A stretch of 64,000 nucleotides of DNA from the NCBI RefSeq assembly GCF_000181795.1, contig NW_003526941.1, forward strand, positions 5,730,540 through 5,794,539, written 5' to 3'. The position numbers and the translations under genes are program-made. Origin of the DNA: Trichinella spiralis (lineage: Eukaryota). A model generated the notes under the pieces. It ran no database searches. It was not told where the DNA came from and was given only the letters and a program-made list of their open reading frames with translations. Positions 51,501-64,000 of the stretch are shown here, piece after piece (position 1 is the stretch's first letter; every line of letters begins with the position of its first letter).

Positions 51501-54500
51501 TGAACAGGACGAAGATTGCTGTTCACCGACTGTGCAGGCCTTTTTGAACGACGCGGCAAAAGATGTGGAAGCGGTGGTTTGGTGAATTGGACGACAGAGA
51601 ACAACTTTCGAAGAGCACATCGACGGAGAAGTAGAGCAGGACGAAGTGGACGACGTCGTCGGTTCCCCATCGGCCACTGGAACGCGATTCACCACCAACG
51701 ACGTTGCCACCATTGGCAACTGTTCCCGAGATTCGGGATATGAGCCGACCGACGGTTCCGTACTGTTGTAATCGATCTGAAATTCAACGCACAGCTCATT
51801 CACACTTCTCCCTTCTAGCATTACGGGACACAATCAACTGGACAGACAATTGAGCACAAATAAAAAAAAAACTTACAACGATCATTTCGGACGATTCCAA
51901 CAGAATACAGTCGCTGATTCGATAATGTTCAGAAAATCGAACTCGTTTTCCAAAACTGAAACAAAAATTGAAATTCTATTAAAACAAAAAAAAGAAAACA
52001 ATTAAACGCGTTTGTGAAAATGATCGTCGTATGTATGCAAAATTGAAATAACGAACGAAACAAGCAGAAATAAATTTTAAGAAAGCGAAGAAAAAAAAAC
52101 ATTGCCAATAAATAGTTTTTTAAAAAAAAAAGGACCAGCTGCGAAAAAATTCTCTGTTCCACCAGAGCAGAAATGAATGAATAATGATGATGCTTATACA
52201 TATATATTTGCGTGGTTAGCAGCAGCAATTTGAAGCGAGCATTTGCAACAATTTTCCTTTTTGCAACACAGAGCTTTCAAAATGCCGAACAACTTTTAAA
52301 TACAATCGAATAATAATAATAATAAAGAAGAATTCAAGAAAATAAATAATGATTAAAAAATAATAAATAAATAAATTAATTAATTAAAATCACTACTACT
52401 ACTACTGCTACATCATTGGTGAAAATTTGCAAATGAAAAAGAAAATATTGGGTGTCGTCAATTTAATATCATCGTCATCATTGTTGTCGTCGTCGTCGCT
52501 GGTCGTTCGTTCTCAAACAACAAACGAAAAGAGAGAAAATCTAGCAAAGCTAACCGGATTGCTCTATTAATAGTTTTGAATAACCGACTAACTAACCAGC
52601 CAGCCAGCCAGCCAACAAGCCAGCTAAGCTGCCAACTTGCCGTTTTCCAAGTCAAATTTTCACTGTGCATTTAACGCACGTGCACTGCAGCAAGTCTAAT
52701 GAGCTATTTTTTTCCGTCGTCAATCAGAAAATGCTCATGAAGAAAAACAATACACAGATAAACAGAAAAAATCTCACATAATATATATATATATTTTGTT
52801 TCCTTGTTTATCTTTGACAAATCTGATAATTTGTTTAAATTACACACAGAAATAAAGCAAATAAAAATTATTCATTCAAAAACAAATCATCAATACCATT
52901 CTCCACGATGACATGGCAGTGCAATGTTGCCGGGTTTGGCCGTCGGTTGTATAGAAATTATTAAATAGCATGCACAGAATTTGACAAATACAGACAAAGC
53001 GGCAACTGATTGTTGAGATAAAAAGAAAAAAGATCCATCCGGTGAACAAGCAACAAAAGTGAAGAAAAAAAGCATATATATCTATATATACACCAAAAAA
53101 AACCAACCAGAAAAGAAAGAGAACAACAGCAACAGCTGTCAGCAGCTTGGATTTCCGGCTTGGATGACTATTAGCAAATAGCATCACAGAGCCGGAAGAA
53201 GAAAGTCGGTCGGACAAAAAGAAGAAGAAGAAGAGCAACAAACAAAAATTTAAAAAAAGCAGATAATAAATAATATACATTTTAGCTGATTAAACAGAAA
53301 AATAAAAATTTTTTTTAAATATATACTGTTGCCTGTGGATGAATGAATGTAAAGTTGTTGTTTCCCAGATGATAAAAGAAATCAGTCAGTCAGTCAGTCA
53401 GCGAACCATTAAGCTGGTCAATCGTGGTCGGTCGATCGGTCAATCAACAACAAGCAGAGAGTTGGTCAGTGGAACCGAGAGGTCGGCACGCGTTCATACA
53501 GAGAGAAAAAGTGCCAAATGAAAAAAAGAGAGAGGAAAAAAAATAATAAAAGCCCCTTTTCTGCTCTCTGATTTGCCAGTTATAATGATAATAATAATAA
53601 GAAGAATGAATAACGGTGTGTGCGTGTGTGTCTGTGTGTGCATAATGTGCTCTGGCGTTTTTCCAGCCAACAAAGTCAGTCAGTAGCTTGTCAACAAGCG
53701 ACGTCGGTGAAGAGAATGACCAGTTTGTGACCCACTTTTCCGCCTTGTAGCCTACGAATGCGACGACCTTCGCCTCTGTCCGGCTAGTGGTCACTATTGT
53801 TACCTAGATGTCGAACCGCAGCAGGACGACAAGATCAGTCGAAAATTCCCGCGCACTGTGGTTGGTTGGACGTACAGCTACCACTACCACTACTACCACC
53901 ACCACCACCATCATCACAACTGCATAGACATAACCTGGCCCTGGCCCCGGTCCGGCCCCCTGTGCCGATTTCTACCACTACCAGTACTAGTGCTGCCACT
54001 GATATGTGTGTGTGTGTGTGCGCTCGTTGGGTTTCTGTTGTTTCGATGTTTGCTCTGCACTTTTCCATTTACTTGTCTTCACTCTGCACATACAATTCAC
54101 ACATTCCAATGAAAAGTTGACATCCGCCTACAGACTACCGGGGCACAGTGTCATCAATTTCATAGTATACACAAAGAAAAAATTAGCACAACAATCAAAC
54201 GCTCAAGTAAAAATGGGATGTGAATAAAAAAGAAAAGAAAAAATTTTTTTCATTTTTCTTCCTCATATTCGAAAATAATTTGCATAAAAAAGAATAATAA
54301 TAATACCGCTCAGAAGTTGTGTTTCACAAGCCAATTTTCTGCTACATTTTACACAACTGTTTAGACAATAATCAAGGGTTGAGAAAAAACCAGTTTTGCA
54401 GAGAAAAATTGAACACCAATTTCACAGCAGAACAGACACAGTAAGATTGTTGGGAAAGAAGAAAAAAAAGCTGTTTTTTCCACGTCCACTAATAAAGTTG

Positions 54501-57500
54501 GTTTTTGTTGGCATATTTTGAAGCACAGATACATCATTTGATCAGAAGAACAAATTCAATTTAGAAAATTCAATTAAACGGAAAAGCCGAACAATCAATC
54601 AATCAGTTGGTTAGTTGGCAAAATAGAGATGAAGATCAAAAATGAAAATATCATTTGTATTCGAATAATAATAATAATAATAATAATTTGAAAAAAACCA
54701 AAAAAAAGCAACTCGTGTTTGCATAACCAAACCAAAATAAAACAAAAAAAACTGAAAAGCATGCATGATTCAGTAGTATTGGAATTTTTCGACAGATACC
54801 ATCACACGCAGATGTTGTACAACAAAATCCACTGCTGCACATTCGACCCGACGGCCTCTGCCACCGGGCGCAAATGCGCTCGGTGATTGGTACTGGTGAA
54901 AGAATGAATGATTTCATTTAAAAAAAATCAATCAATGAAAAGTTCGATGGAATCAAAAAGATGATCCTAATGACAGACATTATATTATGCAGAAGCAGAT
55001 GGAATGAGAGAAGACGGCAACAACAACAACAACAACAACAAAAAATCCAGGCCACATTGTGAAAGTTGAAATGAAAACTTTTCGTCAATTGAAAAATTGA
55101 AATTCTTAATATGAATTTTTAAAAAATCGTTTAAATAATATCGTTGTTGTTCAAAAATAATTGCAATTTTCCCTTTTGATGAAAATATTAAAATCAAAAC
55201 CAAAACACCAACGGTTAAAACAGAAAATTAGCCCCAATCGGAAATTGCAAAGCAAAGCATGTGTGTAAGTACAGTATGGAAAAATGCTATTACACGTGAA
55301 TTGACAAAACGGCCTCAACGAGTCGCAAAGCATTTGTCAAAGGCGACAAGCAATAAAACAGGTCCTTGACAACCCCACTACCAACAAGCATACTGAACAC
55401 AACACGACCAATAAATGAATAATAAGAAATTGTTCAAGAGAAAAAAAAACTTTTTTCCCACAATAATTAATTGAATAAGAAATGAACAATTTGAAGAAAA
55501 TAAAATTATTCTCCATACCTTTCAACTGGCAAATATATTCGTCCATCGCAAAAAACAGCACCGCTGAGCAAAATGTACCAACAAAAACTTCTCTGTCCTT
55601 TCCTAAACGGATGATATGCAGAAAATTTATTTATTCAAATACAAAATCAAATAATACTTGTATAAAAATTTGCCCGCTTGTTGGAATTGTTCATAACGTG
55701 CCGATTGGCATATTGTTCTCAACGTTTGATCGTCAACTCCGCGGAAAACATCCAACCGACGCAGAAAAAAGTAAACCAACTGCACCTCCTAAAAAACAAA
55801 CAAACAAACAAATAAACAGATAAATAAAAATTAACATTTCCACGTTCTCTCCTTCCCACGACCATCGCGAAATGTCAGCTACAGTATGAAAAGCGATGCA
55901 ACAGAAAATTTGCATTATTTGCTTTTTCGAAGAAATGATTCGCTTTTTTTTCACCACCCCACGTATCCGGGCAAACGAACGTGCCGACCACGATCATCAT
56001 CGACAAGAACAACAACAACAAGTAGGACAAGAATAAGACGACCAGCTTCATTGACAGCATCGGAGCGAAAAGCGGACAAAATTCATTCGACCAGTTTACA
56101 GCGACCCTCCCCCATCCCCTTTCGCCGTAGCCGACCGAGCATACCAACTACAAGCATACCTATATATACATATCATCAATGACAATATACGAAAATTTAC
56201 TATTGCAACTGATCAACAATACCACCAAGTGGCCACCAAGCCAACAGTGAAAATTCCACTCAATCTTCAAACTCGTCCAATTTAAATTGCTAAATATGAT
56301 TTAAAGAAAAACTTGTTATTGATTAAAGGCGGTCATCGTTGAATGGATAAAATCAGCACGTTTCACTTGTATAATAATAATAATCGTACATGTATATCGC
56401 CGCTGAATGCTAACTAATAATTTTCAAAATCACCCAAAGATGAACAAGTCACTATATATATATATGCTACTTGTAAACAAACTTCACCCCCAACTACACA
56501 GACAATTGATTGGATGAAGTGAAATTGCTTCTTCGCGCCTAATCTGCAAGTACACAAATTCGGACACTGCAGCAATTCGTCAGATATTCAATCGGTAAAC
56601 AAACGAAACATTATTTCTCTCGTTTAACTTTCAATTCCACTTCGAATCAATATTAACGCAATAAATATTAATCTACATGGAACAACAAAAATATATAATC
56701 ACGTCAAGTCCACTCACTCACCGTTGGACAAACAATTAATAAATTCCCTTATTTATTATTTATTTTCAACATTTCACAAATACCTGTTTAAATGAAAATT
56801 TCGTACCGTTACATGTCATCCACAAGCCGCGCCTAACTCCAATTTTTGCTCGACACGCAACAATTGAAAAGCAAGTTCAAAAAACTCTCTTTACCAGACC
56901 AGCACGACAACACAATAACCAACAAACAACAACGAATAATTATAATAACAATAATAAATAATCACCGAAAATTGACCAACATTTTCAACTTTCTCACAAC
57001 TGCAATGTTGTGTGAAAAAAGGAAAATTCATCCATCTTATATAAATACAATTTTCAACAAATATTAAAAATACATCAATTGTTACAGCAGTTGTTAAAAG
57101 AAAAGGAAACTTTTTTTTATTCCATCAAGTTAAAAAAATTCAAATTCAGAAACCAAAAAAAAGATAGAATATTTCCACCATTGAAAAGTATAAAACAGTT
57201 GAATTGAATGAAAGCATAATCTTCAATTTAATTTAATTAAAAAATTAAACATTTTCGTCAATAATCAGCTCATTTTTTGCATCTGGTACAAAAAATCCAT
57301 TGAAAAAAAATGGAAATTTATTTTCAAAGACAAGCATTCGTTCAACAATTCTATTCATCTCATTTAATTGAAAATACATATATTATGCAAATATCAGCTT
57401 TGAAAGCATTATCACATATTTAAATAATGCAAAGAGGAAAATGTCACGGTGTTTTTATGCTCTTTTCCGATTGAATTGAAAACAATGCGCCTTTTTTTCG

Positions 57501-59750
57501 TAATTACTATTATTATCATTAAAAACAGATTTCTTTTTTCACCTTTCGTCTCTTTCAACACTTATTTCACTTATTTTAACTTTTATTTATTCACAATTTC
57601 TGATTAATAATAAAGAAAAGCAAATTTTTCACATCATCTGCCAACGACAATTTCAAACAAATTTCAACACATTACAAATTAAAAATAAAATAATAATCAT
57701 ACATTATCAATATGCACGTTTGAAATGTTTTTCTCACAAAAAATGTATATCTTTTAGCTTTGAAGCTCTTCCATTATTACCCCTCAAATCTGACATCTCC
57801 AATCACTCTTAGTGTCTAATCAGATGAGTTAGCTGCTTGCTTGAACAATTAATTCCTTGAAAAACACCGCTTGATCGAAAACAATTAACAAAAGATACAG
57901 AATAGATTAAATCAAATTACTTAAATATTGCAACATCAACGCTCGGATACTTGAAAAAGAAGAACAAAAATGGTAAAATTTTCAATCAAACAGTTCAACC
58001 AGCTACGTGTTCACCAACTACAGCATGAATGGAAAAATAATCGAACATGTAAAAATGAACAAACTTCATTCACACTGCTACCCTAGACTGAAAATAAGAT
58101 TTACTTTTCAACACTGGAAAAAAATCCACCACGACACCACGAAATTACAGTGAAACAACGTTGCAAAAAGTTCGTTGTACTTCATTTTTCGCAGTTGAAA
58201 AATTCAAACTATTCGTTTTCCACATCTCTACAGTAATGAACATTTCCTTCAAAATATGCCAGCAAACTGCAACGCGATAAATTCTATTTATCATCCAAGA
58301 ACGAAATATACTTGACCTCATTCGAAATCAATATCAAAGTTATATGAAAAGGCTTGCAATTGCAAGATGACAACATCATCGTCATCATCATCATCATCAT
58401 CATAAACTGATGATAAAATCAAAAATGTGAGTTGTAAAAATTTTCACCAAACAACCAACATTCAAGTGAAAGAACGGAAGAAATTCAATTTGTCAAAAAA
58501 TAATCAATAACTAACTTGATAAAAATTACAAAGTAAATTTGCAATGATTGCAACATTTCATCCGCTGCCAAATCTACTAATTGCTCATCTTTAACAGGCC
58601 CATGTTGAACAAAAATCACACTGTTGTTCAAACAGAAATGAAAAGCAGGTTAAGTGCAGTACAGTAGTAGACTGTAGAAGGTGTTGTGCGCACGATGGAC
58701 GACGACAGGTAATAATTGTGGAATCGATTTGCTATTTGATCAAGGGTAAAATCTGTTTATTGTCAGCGGTCAAATTTCCAGGTCATGTATGTAAACTTCG
58801 ATGGCCGCAAAGAAGAGGTAAAAGAAGGTAAAACTGAAACCCGTTGAATTTGAAAATCGCACGTGCAAATTAAAGATAATAATAAGAAGAGGAAGAAAAA
58901 AAAACAATAAAATTCCAATAATGCTCATCGCATTCTACAGACATTGACGATCCAGTTGGTGGAAAACTACTTCCGGCGTTTAAACAATCACGCATCACCG
59001 ACTGGACAAGTGCTTAGGGGCTTTTCAATGGTTGTTAATAAGTCTGAAATGCGCACATTTTTATTATCGTTTTCATTTAACTAACTTGCCGCCGGCTTGC
59101 TGACGACAATTTTGAAAAATAAGAATAATTTAGTGCAAATATTTGTCATTTTGCATTTATAAATGAAAACGTCATCGTCACATTTCACACCTGGCCATTG
59201 TTTGTGATCAATTTCATTCACAAAAATGAATGAACGAACGAAGGTGTGAACGACGTTGAGAAAAGCTGAAAAATTGACCATCTGCATCACAAGCAGAATA
59301 AAGAATAAGAAGTATAAACAGCACAGTTGAACAAGCTGCAGCCTTGAGTAAACAAAAAATCTATTTAATCAATGACGTACGAGAATAGATATTCAACGAT
59401 ACCACCAGAGCAGCGTCGCGAGCACTGCAATTCACTATTTATGACTAACTATGCGAGATATCCATTAAGAGCTTACCGGAGTGCAATAATTTGGTCTTAT
59501 TTATCAAATAATATGCAGAAGGAAGTCAAGGAAAAAAATACCAACGGAAAAAGATCATACTGAAATGTGAATAACTTTCTGAAAAACCAAAAACACGTGA
59601 CGTTCAAAGACAAACACAGTTTCCCATGCCGACAAAATTTTGAAAAATCTACGCGCATCTAATTCAAGGTCGTCGAAAAAGAATGCTTACCTTGAGGTTG
59701 CGAAATTTCGACGGCTTTCTCAAAGCTTCAATTACAGCCGTATCTGCCAT
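48567..59750 (-). CDS. PDZ-GEF / Rap guanine-nucleotide exchange factor 2/6 (pxf-1-like); 5' half, 3' part lost in the gap
   Basis: Exon 59691-59750 [13 protein letters not shown]; ~55660-55790 [11 protein letters not shown]...SARYE; ~55520-55602 [11 protein letters not shown]; ~51877-51956 FGKR...[12 protein letters not shown]; cNMP domain [23 protein letters not shown]...[65 protein letters not shown]...[16 protein letters not shown]. Confidence 0.93.
51087..51162 (-). repeat. Coding GAA/GAG/GAC repeat (poly-acidic tract in RAPGEF)
   Basis: (ttc)n/(tcc)n encodes [25 protein letters not shown]. Confidence 0.85.
53878..54020. repeat. GC-rich intronic island with (CAC/TAC)n and (GT)n microsatellites
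   Basis: ctaccactaccactactaccaccaccaccaccatcatc and tgtgtgtgtgtgtgtg flank a GC-rich core. Confidence 0.75.
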
Positions 59751-60849
59751 GCGCAGTAGAAAATCACTGGCATCAATCAGCCAACAAGCAATACTTTGTG
59801 AGCTTCAATTGCTACAACAATAAAAAGTAAAAATCAATGTCATATCTGAAATATTCAAAAATAAAATCAAAATAAAAACAAACAATTACAGAAAATTCAA
59901 AGAACCCCAAACAAGGAAAAAATAGAACAATATCAAAGTGGGGCAAAATTCTAGTGTGGCCTAGATACAATTCACAGATGAGTGAAAGTCGCGCGAAAAG
60001 ATTCAAAATCACAAACAAAAAAAGCAAGACAAAAAATAAAATCAATGACAATTTTTTTTTCATATAATAACGTAGTATTAACGACACTTACAGAATTCGA
60101 CCTATCTGAACAATTGTCGGACAACTTTCGAATACGCTGAATGTAATGTGGAGAGTAATAATAAAATGTAAAAAAAGATAACAGCAGTAAAGTTCAAATC
60201 AAATCAAAATTACAGCTAGGTTAACATTGTCAGCTTCTTTGATAATAATATCAATCGTCTTCAGTTGAAACATCTACAGTAACTCATCATTAAGATGATC
60301 AAGTTCTATTATTGTTCAATTTGAATTTCATTGTTCAAGATTTTTCATAAACAACCAGTATTACTGTGGAAGAAAACTCATCGATGTGCATTCAATTTCA
60401 TCATAATTATTTCAACATTCCTTAATTTTAACAACTGAGAAATAATAGCACGAAAATACTTTAATTAAGTTCAATCATAAAAGTACCATAACGAATAAAT
60501 AAGAAAAAAAGTTTATCATTTTACCTGATATGAAGAGCTTTTGCATGCAGCTGACAAAGATGAAATAAAAAAAATGCAATGAAACAGAACTACAATGCGT
60601 GCTTTTTTCACCATGTTGTTTCAGCTGATCATTTTTCACCTCTGAAACCGACACTAAATTCATTGTATGCTTTTTGCTATCGCTTGTAAACAGTGTCAGG
60701 AACTGATTGCTCTAAATCCAACAAATTGTTCTACAATTTCGTTTTTGCTCAGCACGTTCGGTTTACGGAAATGTGTCTACTTTCAAAAAATCACATTATA
60801 CATTATTATGATCTATAATATTGAAAGGTAATAACCTATTTCAATGAAA
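56570..60849. repeat. 4.3-kb near-identical duplicate of 5544-9846 (RAPGEF 5' region and first intron)
   Basis: Colinear with the other copy; the last ~80 nt before the gap show homopolymer-type discrepancies. Confidence 0.97.
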
Positions 60850-63800
60850 NNNNNNNNNNCTGCCCTGCTGCCTTACGTGAATTACTGCTATCACAGCATG
60901 ATGGCTGGTTTACATTGCTTTTTAGATTTCTTCAGTTTATTATGATTTATCCCGGTCTATTATGATTGAAGTATTTTATGAAAGATTGTTTCCGTTTTAT
61001 TTCTGGTTACCTGAAAAATCTCAGGTAATAATTAGTCTCGTGTTTACAGCTGCGTATGCGTAATGGTTGTTGGTCTTGGTTCATATATATACGTATCATA
61101 CGATCTACACTAGGTATTAGTATATAGTTGACAGCTTCATGTGGAGAAATTCAATTCTACTGATCGAATAAATGAAATAAGCTAATAGGAAACTAATAAG
61201 TGGAAGATTTTATGGTCATTTCTAACCCTCCTGAAATTATTTCTATAAATTTATTTCAAATGGACGGAAAATGAAGAAAAATCGACTTGCCCAGAACAAA
61301 GAAATATTGCACAAGACTTGGCAATTTCAACGAACATCTCACGATAATGCAAAGAACGTTTCCTATACCAAAATTCAACCATCCTGGAGCCGTTGCTAGA
61401 GAGTTCCAAATGGGCTGCTATCCCGTGTATTAAGATAGGCGCATGCAAATTTTAGATACCGTTTATTCAACAAGTTCGTGTTAGTTTGCCATGGGACTTT
61501 CTAGAACGTTCTAATTTGTCCAAAAAAGTAAAATGTTGCATATGGTAACACAGTTTGAATGCTAAATTTACTCAAATGTCAAAAAGGTTGCGTTCGCTTA
61601 AAATCACGCATTCCAGTTCCGTGTGGGGGAAGTTATAGATGTGCATCTTTCCTATGTATTAATGTAGGCGCAATGCCCTCACTTTAGAGGCGATTTATTC
61701 CAAATTTACCCTGCGTTTTAGCTGATACTTTCCATAACACTTATGATTTGTCATTGTGATCATTCGCGATTTAACAAAGGTAGATATTTCGACAAAAACG
61801 TTTTGGCCATTTTTCTCAAATTGGCGATGACAGAAAAATGCGATATTAGTTTGAACGGAATGATAAGAAATGACGTATACAAAATGAAATGAAATGAAAA
61901 AATAACAGGTTTGCGAAAATTTATGGCAAGTCTTCAAATGAACGAGCAAAGAGAAGTGTATGGTGGAGATGAAATTTGTTCCTGATTTTTCCTTATGGCA
62001 TATAGCATCCTTAAATTTTGAAATTTCTTAAACGCAATTTCTTTAATTAAATGTGCGTCTTAAATAAGAATTAGTCAAAAAGAAAGGATGGGATTCATAC
62101 GAAGAACGTTAGTACAATTGTACAAATGACTTACCTCTTAACTGTCGATGATATCGAAGCGGACACTTTATGGCGTTTCTTGACCGATGATTTTCACACA
62201 TATTACTATGAAGACTATGAATAACTATGAATATGATCCTTTGAAAAGTGTGTCAAGCTTGAGGAATTTAAATAATATGAACTTGCCTTTGGTGACGTAA
62301 ATTCATATTTGCCGAGTTATAGCGTAATGGTATGTAAACACTATGCTAAACTTTACTAAGTGCTAAAAGTTATTACGATTTCATTGAAATTCAATAAAGT
62401 ATTTATTGTATGTAGAATGTGGAACAGTGACCCTTTTGAGTCATGAATGCTTATTGGAAACTTCTTGATCTTCGTTAATCTAAATACCTTTTCATTTTTT
62501 CTGTTGTTTTACTTTGGTTTAAATGAATGTTTATGTATAATTGTTTATGGATTTGTTAGTTATTTTGTTTCAAGCTGAATTTCTGAATCCCCTAAAACAG
62601 ATCAATTTGAAATACATTCTGAAATAGAGTATTTACTTGTTATCCTTGTCGCTACTGCTGAGTCGTTGAGAAAAACAGTGCACGTTGAATAATCAGTAAT
62701 TCATAAATGACCTAAAAAGTACGTTTAAATAAGTTTGCACAACTGATGACGATATAGAAAATATGCGTGAAAATTACATGCCATGTACACTGATTATTTA
62801 GATATTTTTAAAGATATAGATAGATTTTATTTGATTAGATATTCGATGTAATAGAAAGCTTTCTATTTTCTCGGCAATTGAATTGTCCCTGCAACTGCAT
62901 TTGTTATTTATGATCCAGTGCTTCATCATTAATCGTATGCTCATCGTGTTCTGTTCTTGGTTTGCATTAAAAAAGGTGAAAATAGTATTTTTTTTTCTTA
63001 CTTTTTACAAACGGTTTTATTTTACTTAATTGTGTTATGCGAATTTAATTTTTAAACTTTAATTTGAATTTGATTGTCGTTCAAAAATCTATTTAATATC
63101 ACTGGCTGCTACTATTAATGGCAAATATGATATTTTCCCCCTGTTAACTAACCCTACATGGCCGTCATCAATGAGAAATAATGGAGCATTGGGCTTTTGT
63201 TACGTCTGTAAGAGTTGTAACAACATTTATCAATTGCGTCTTTGTAATGAAGAATCTTTGTGTCGACATGAGAAATTGCAGTAAAACAATGTAAACAATT
63301 TTAAATGAAAATAAAAAAATGAAATGAAAAGAATGAAATCAAAGTGAGAAAAGCTTTGAAAAATCAAAAGAAAATGAAAACAAAATAAAGCATCTTGATC
63401 GATAAAAAGTAAAAGTGGCCATAATATGGTGAAAAATATTGAATTACATTGAAAAAGCAATGAGCAACATGTCCGACAAAAATGAAGAATATAAATGTGT
63501 AACAAAGAAAAGATAAAAGTAACATAAGTGAATTGAGTAACATAAGCAACATAGATTTTTAAGCTCCTATATGCATTAAAACTGAAAGCGAAGTTAATTA
63601 ACTTCATATGTTAAAAATATTTTAAACCGTCTCTTAGTAATAATAAAATAAATTAAAATGTGCACAATGATGTGAAATTTTAAAATATTTTTTTACATAT
63701 ATGAAGCTTATTTATAATATATAGCAATGTATAAGAACAATTTTAAAATAGTAGCTTACGAATAGTTCGTTATGTTAGACGTAGAATTTCATTCGCATAG

Positions 63801-64000
63801 CGGTTGAACAAAACTTTTCATGCATTTTCTGCTAAACCTGTCCTACTGTGGCTGCTTTTCATTGCGTCGAGCAAACAGAATTTCCGCCAATGTTTCCCTA
63901 AAGTCACAACAACAGCAACGTATGATTTGCACGATGTGAAATAGTATGACATTCTTAACGCAATGCAAAGAAATGCAAAATCAATTGCAATACATTTTAA

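Noticed and set aside
60860..64000. Short ORFs and exon-like fragments in the last block
   Set aside because: No consistent spliced frame or recognisable homology; the listed ORFs are AT-rich compositional noise.
1..64000. CRISPR arrays, prokaryotic operons, tRNA or rRNA genes
   Set aside because: The sequence is eukaryotic with spliceosomal introns; no repeat-spacer arrays, cloverleafs or rRNA-like segments were seen.

Overview
AT-rich, intron-rich eukaryotic DNA, not prokaryotic. Short GT-AG introns and the protein sequences suggest a nematode, most plausibly Trichinella-like (inference). The window is a gapped scaffold of five N-separated blocks plus a terminal one. Recognisable genes: GTF2H4/TFIIH p52 (-), an unnamed acidic protein with two LEW[D/E] motifs (+), MED20 with a polyQ tail (-), ELKS/ERC ending in IWA (-), JMJD5/KDM8 (-), a short-chain dehydrogenase (-), a RASSF1/5-type protein (+), an intronless GLUT-family transporter (+), SAM synthetase (+) and the 5' half of a PDZ-GEF/RAPGEF2/6 (-). 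The strongest non-coding signal is in SAM synthetase intron 2. Its productive 3' splice site is UACAG|AAAC in the loop of a hairpin, the METT-10/METTL16 m6A SAM-sensing switch known from C. elegans. An upstream frameshifting acceptor is buried in a separate 14-bp stem, preceded by a CUUG-tetraloop hairpin. Other features are operon-like junctions (ELKS to MED20, GTF2H4 to RAPGEF), a ~1.04-kb tandem/dispersed repeat carrying symmetric charged mini-exons plus a conserved hairpin pair, and a 4.3-kb duplication that is probably a haplotype or scaffolding artefact. All exon boundaries and homology calls were made by eye, without database searches.
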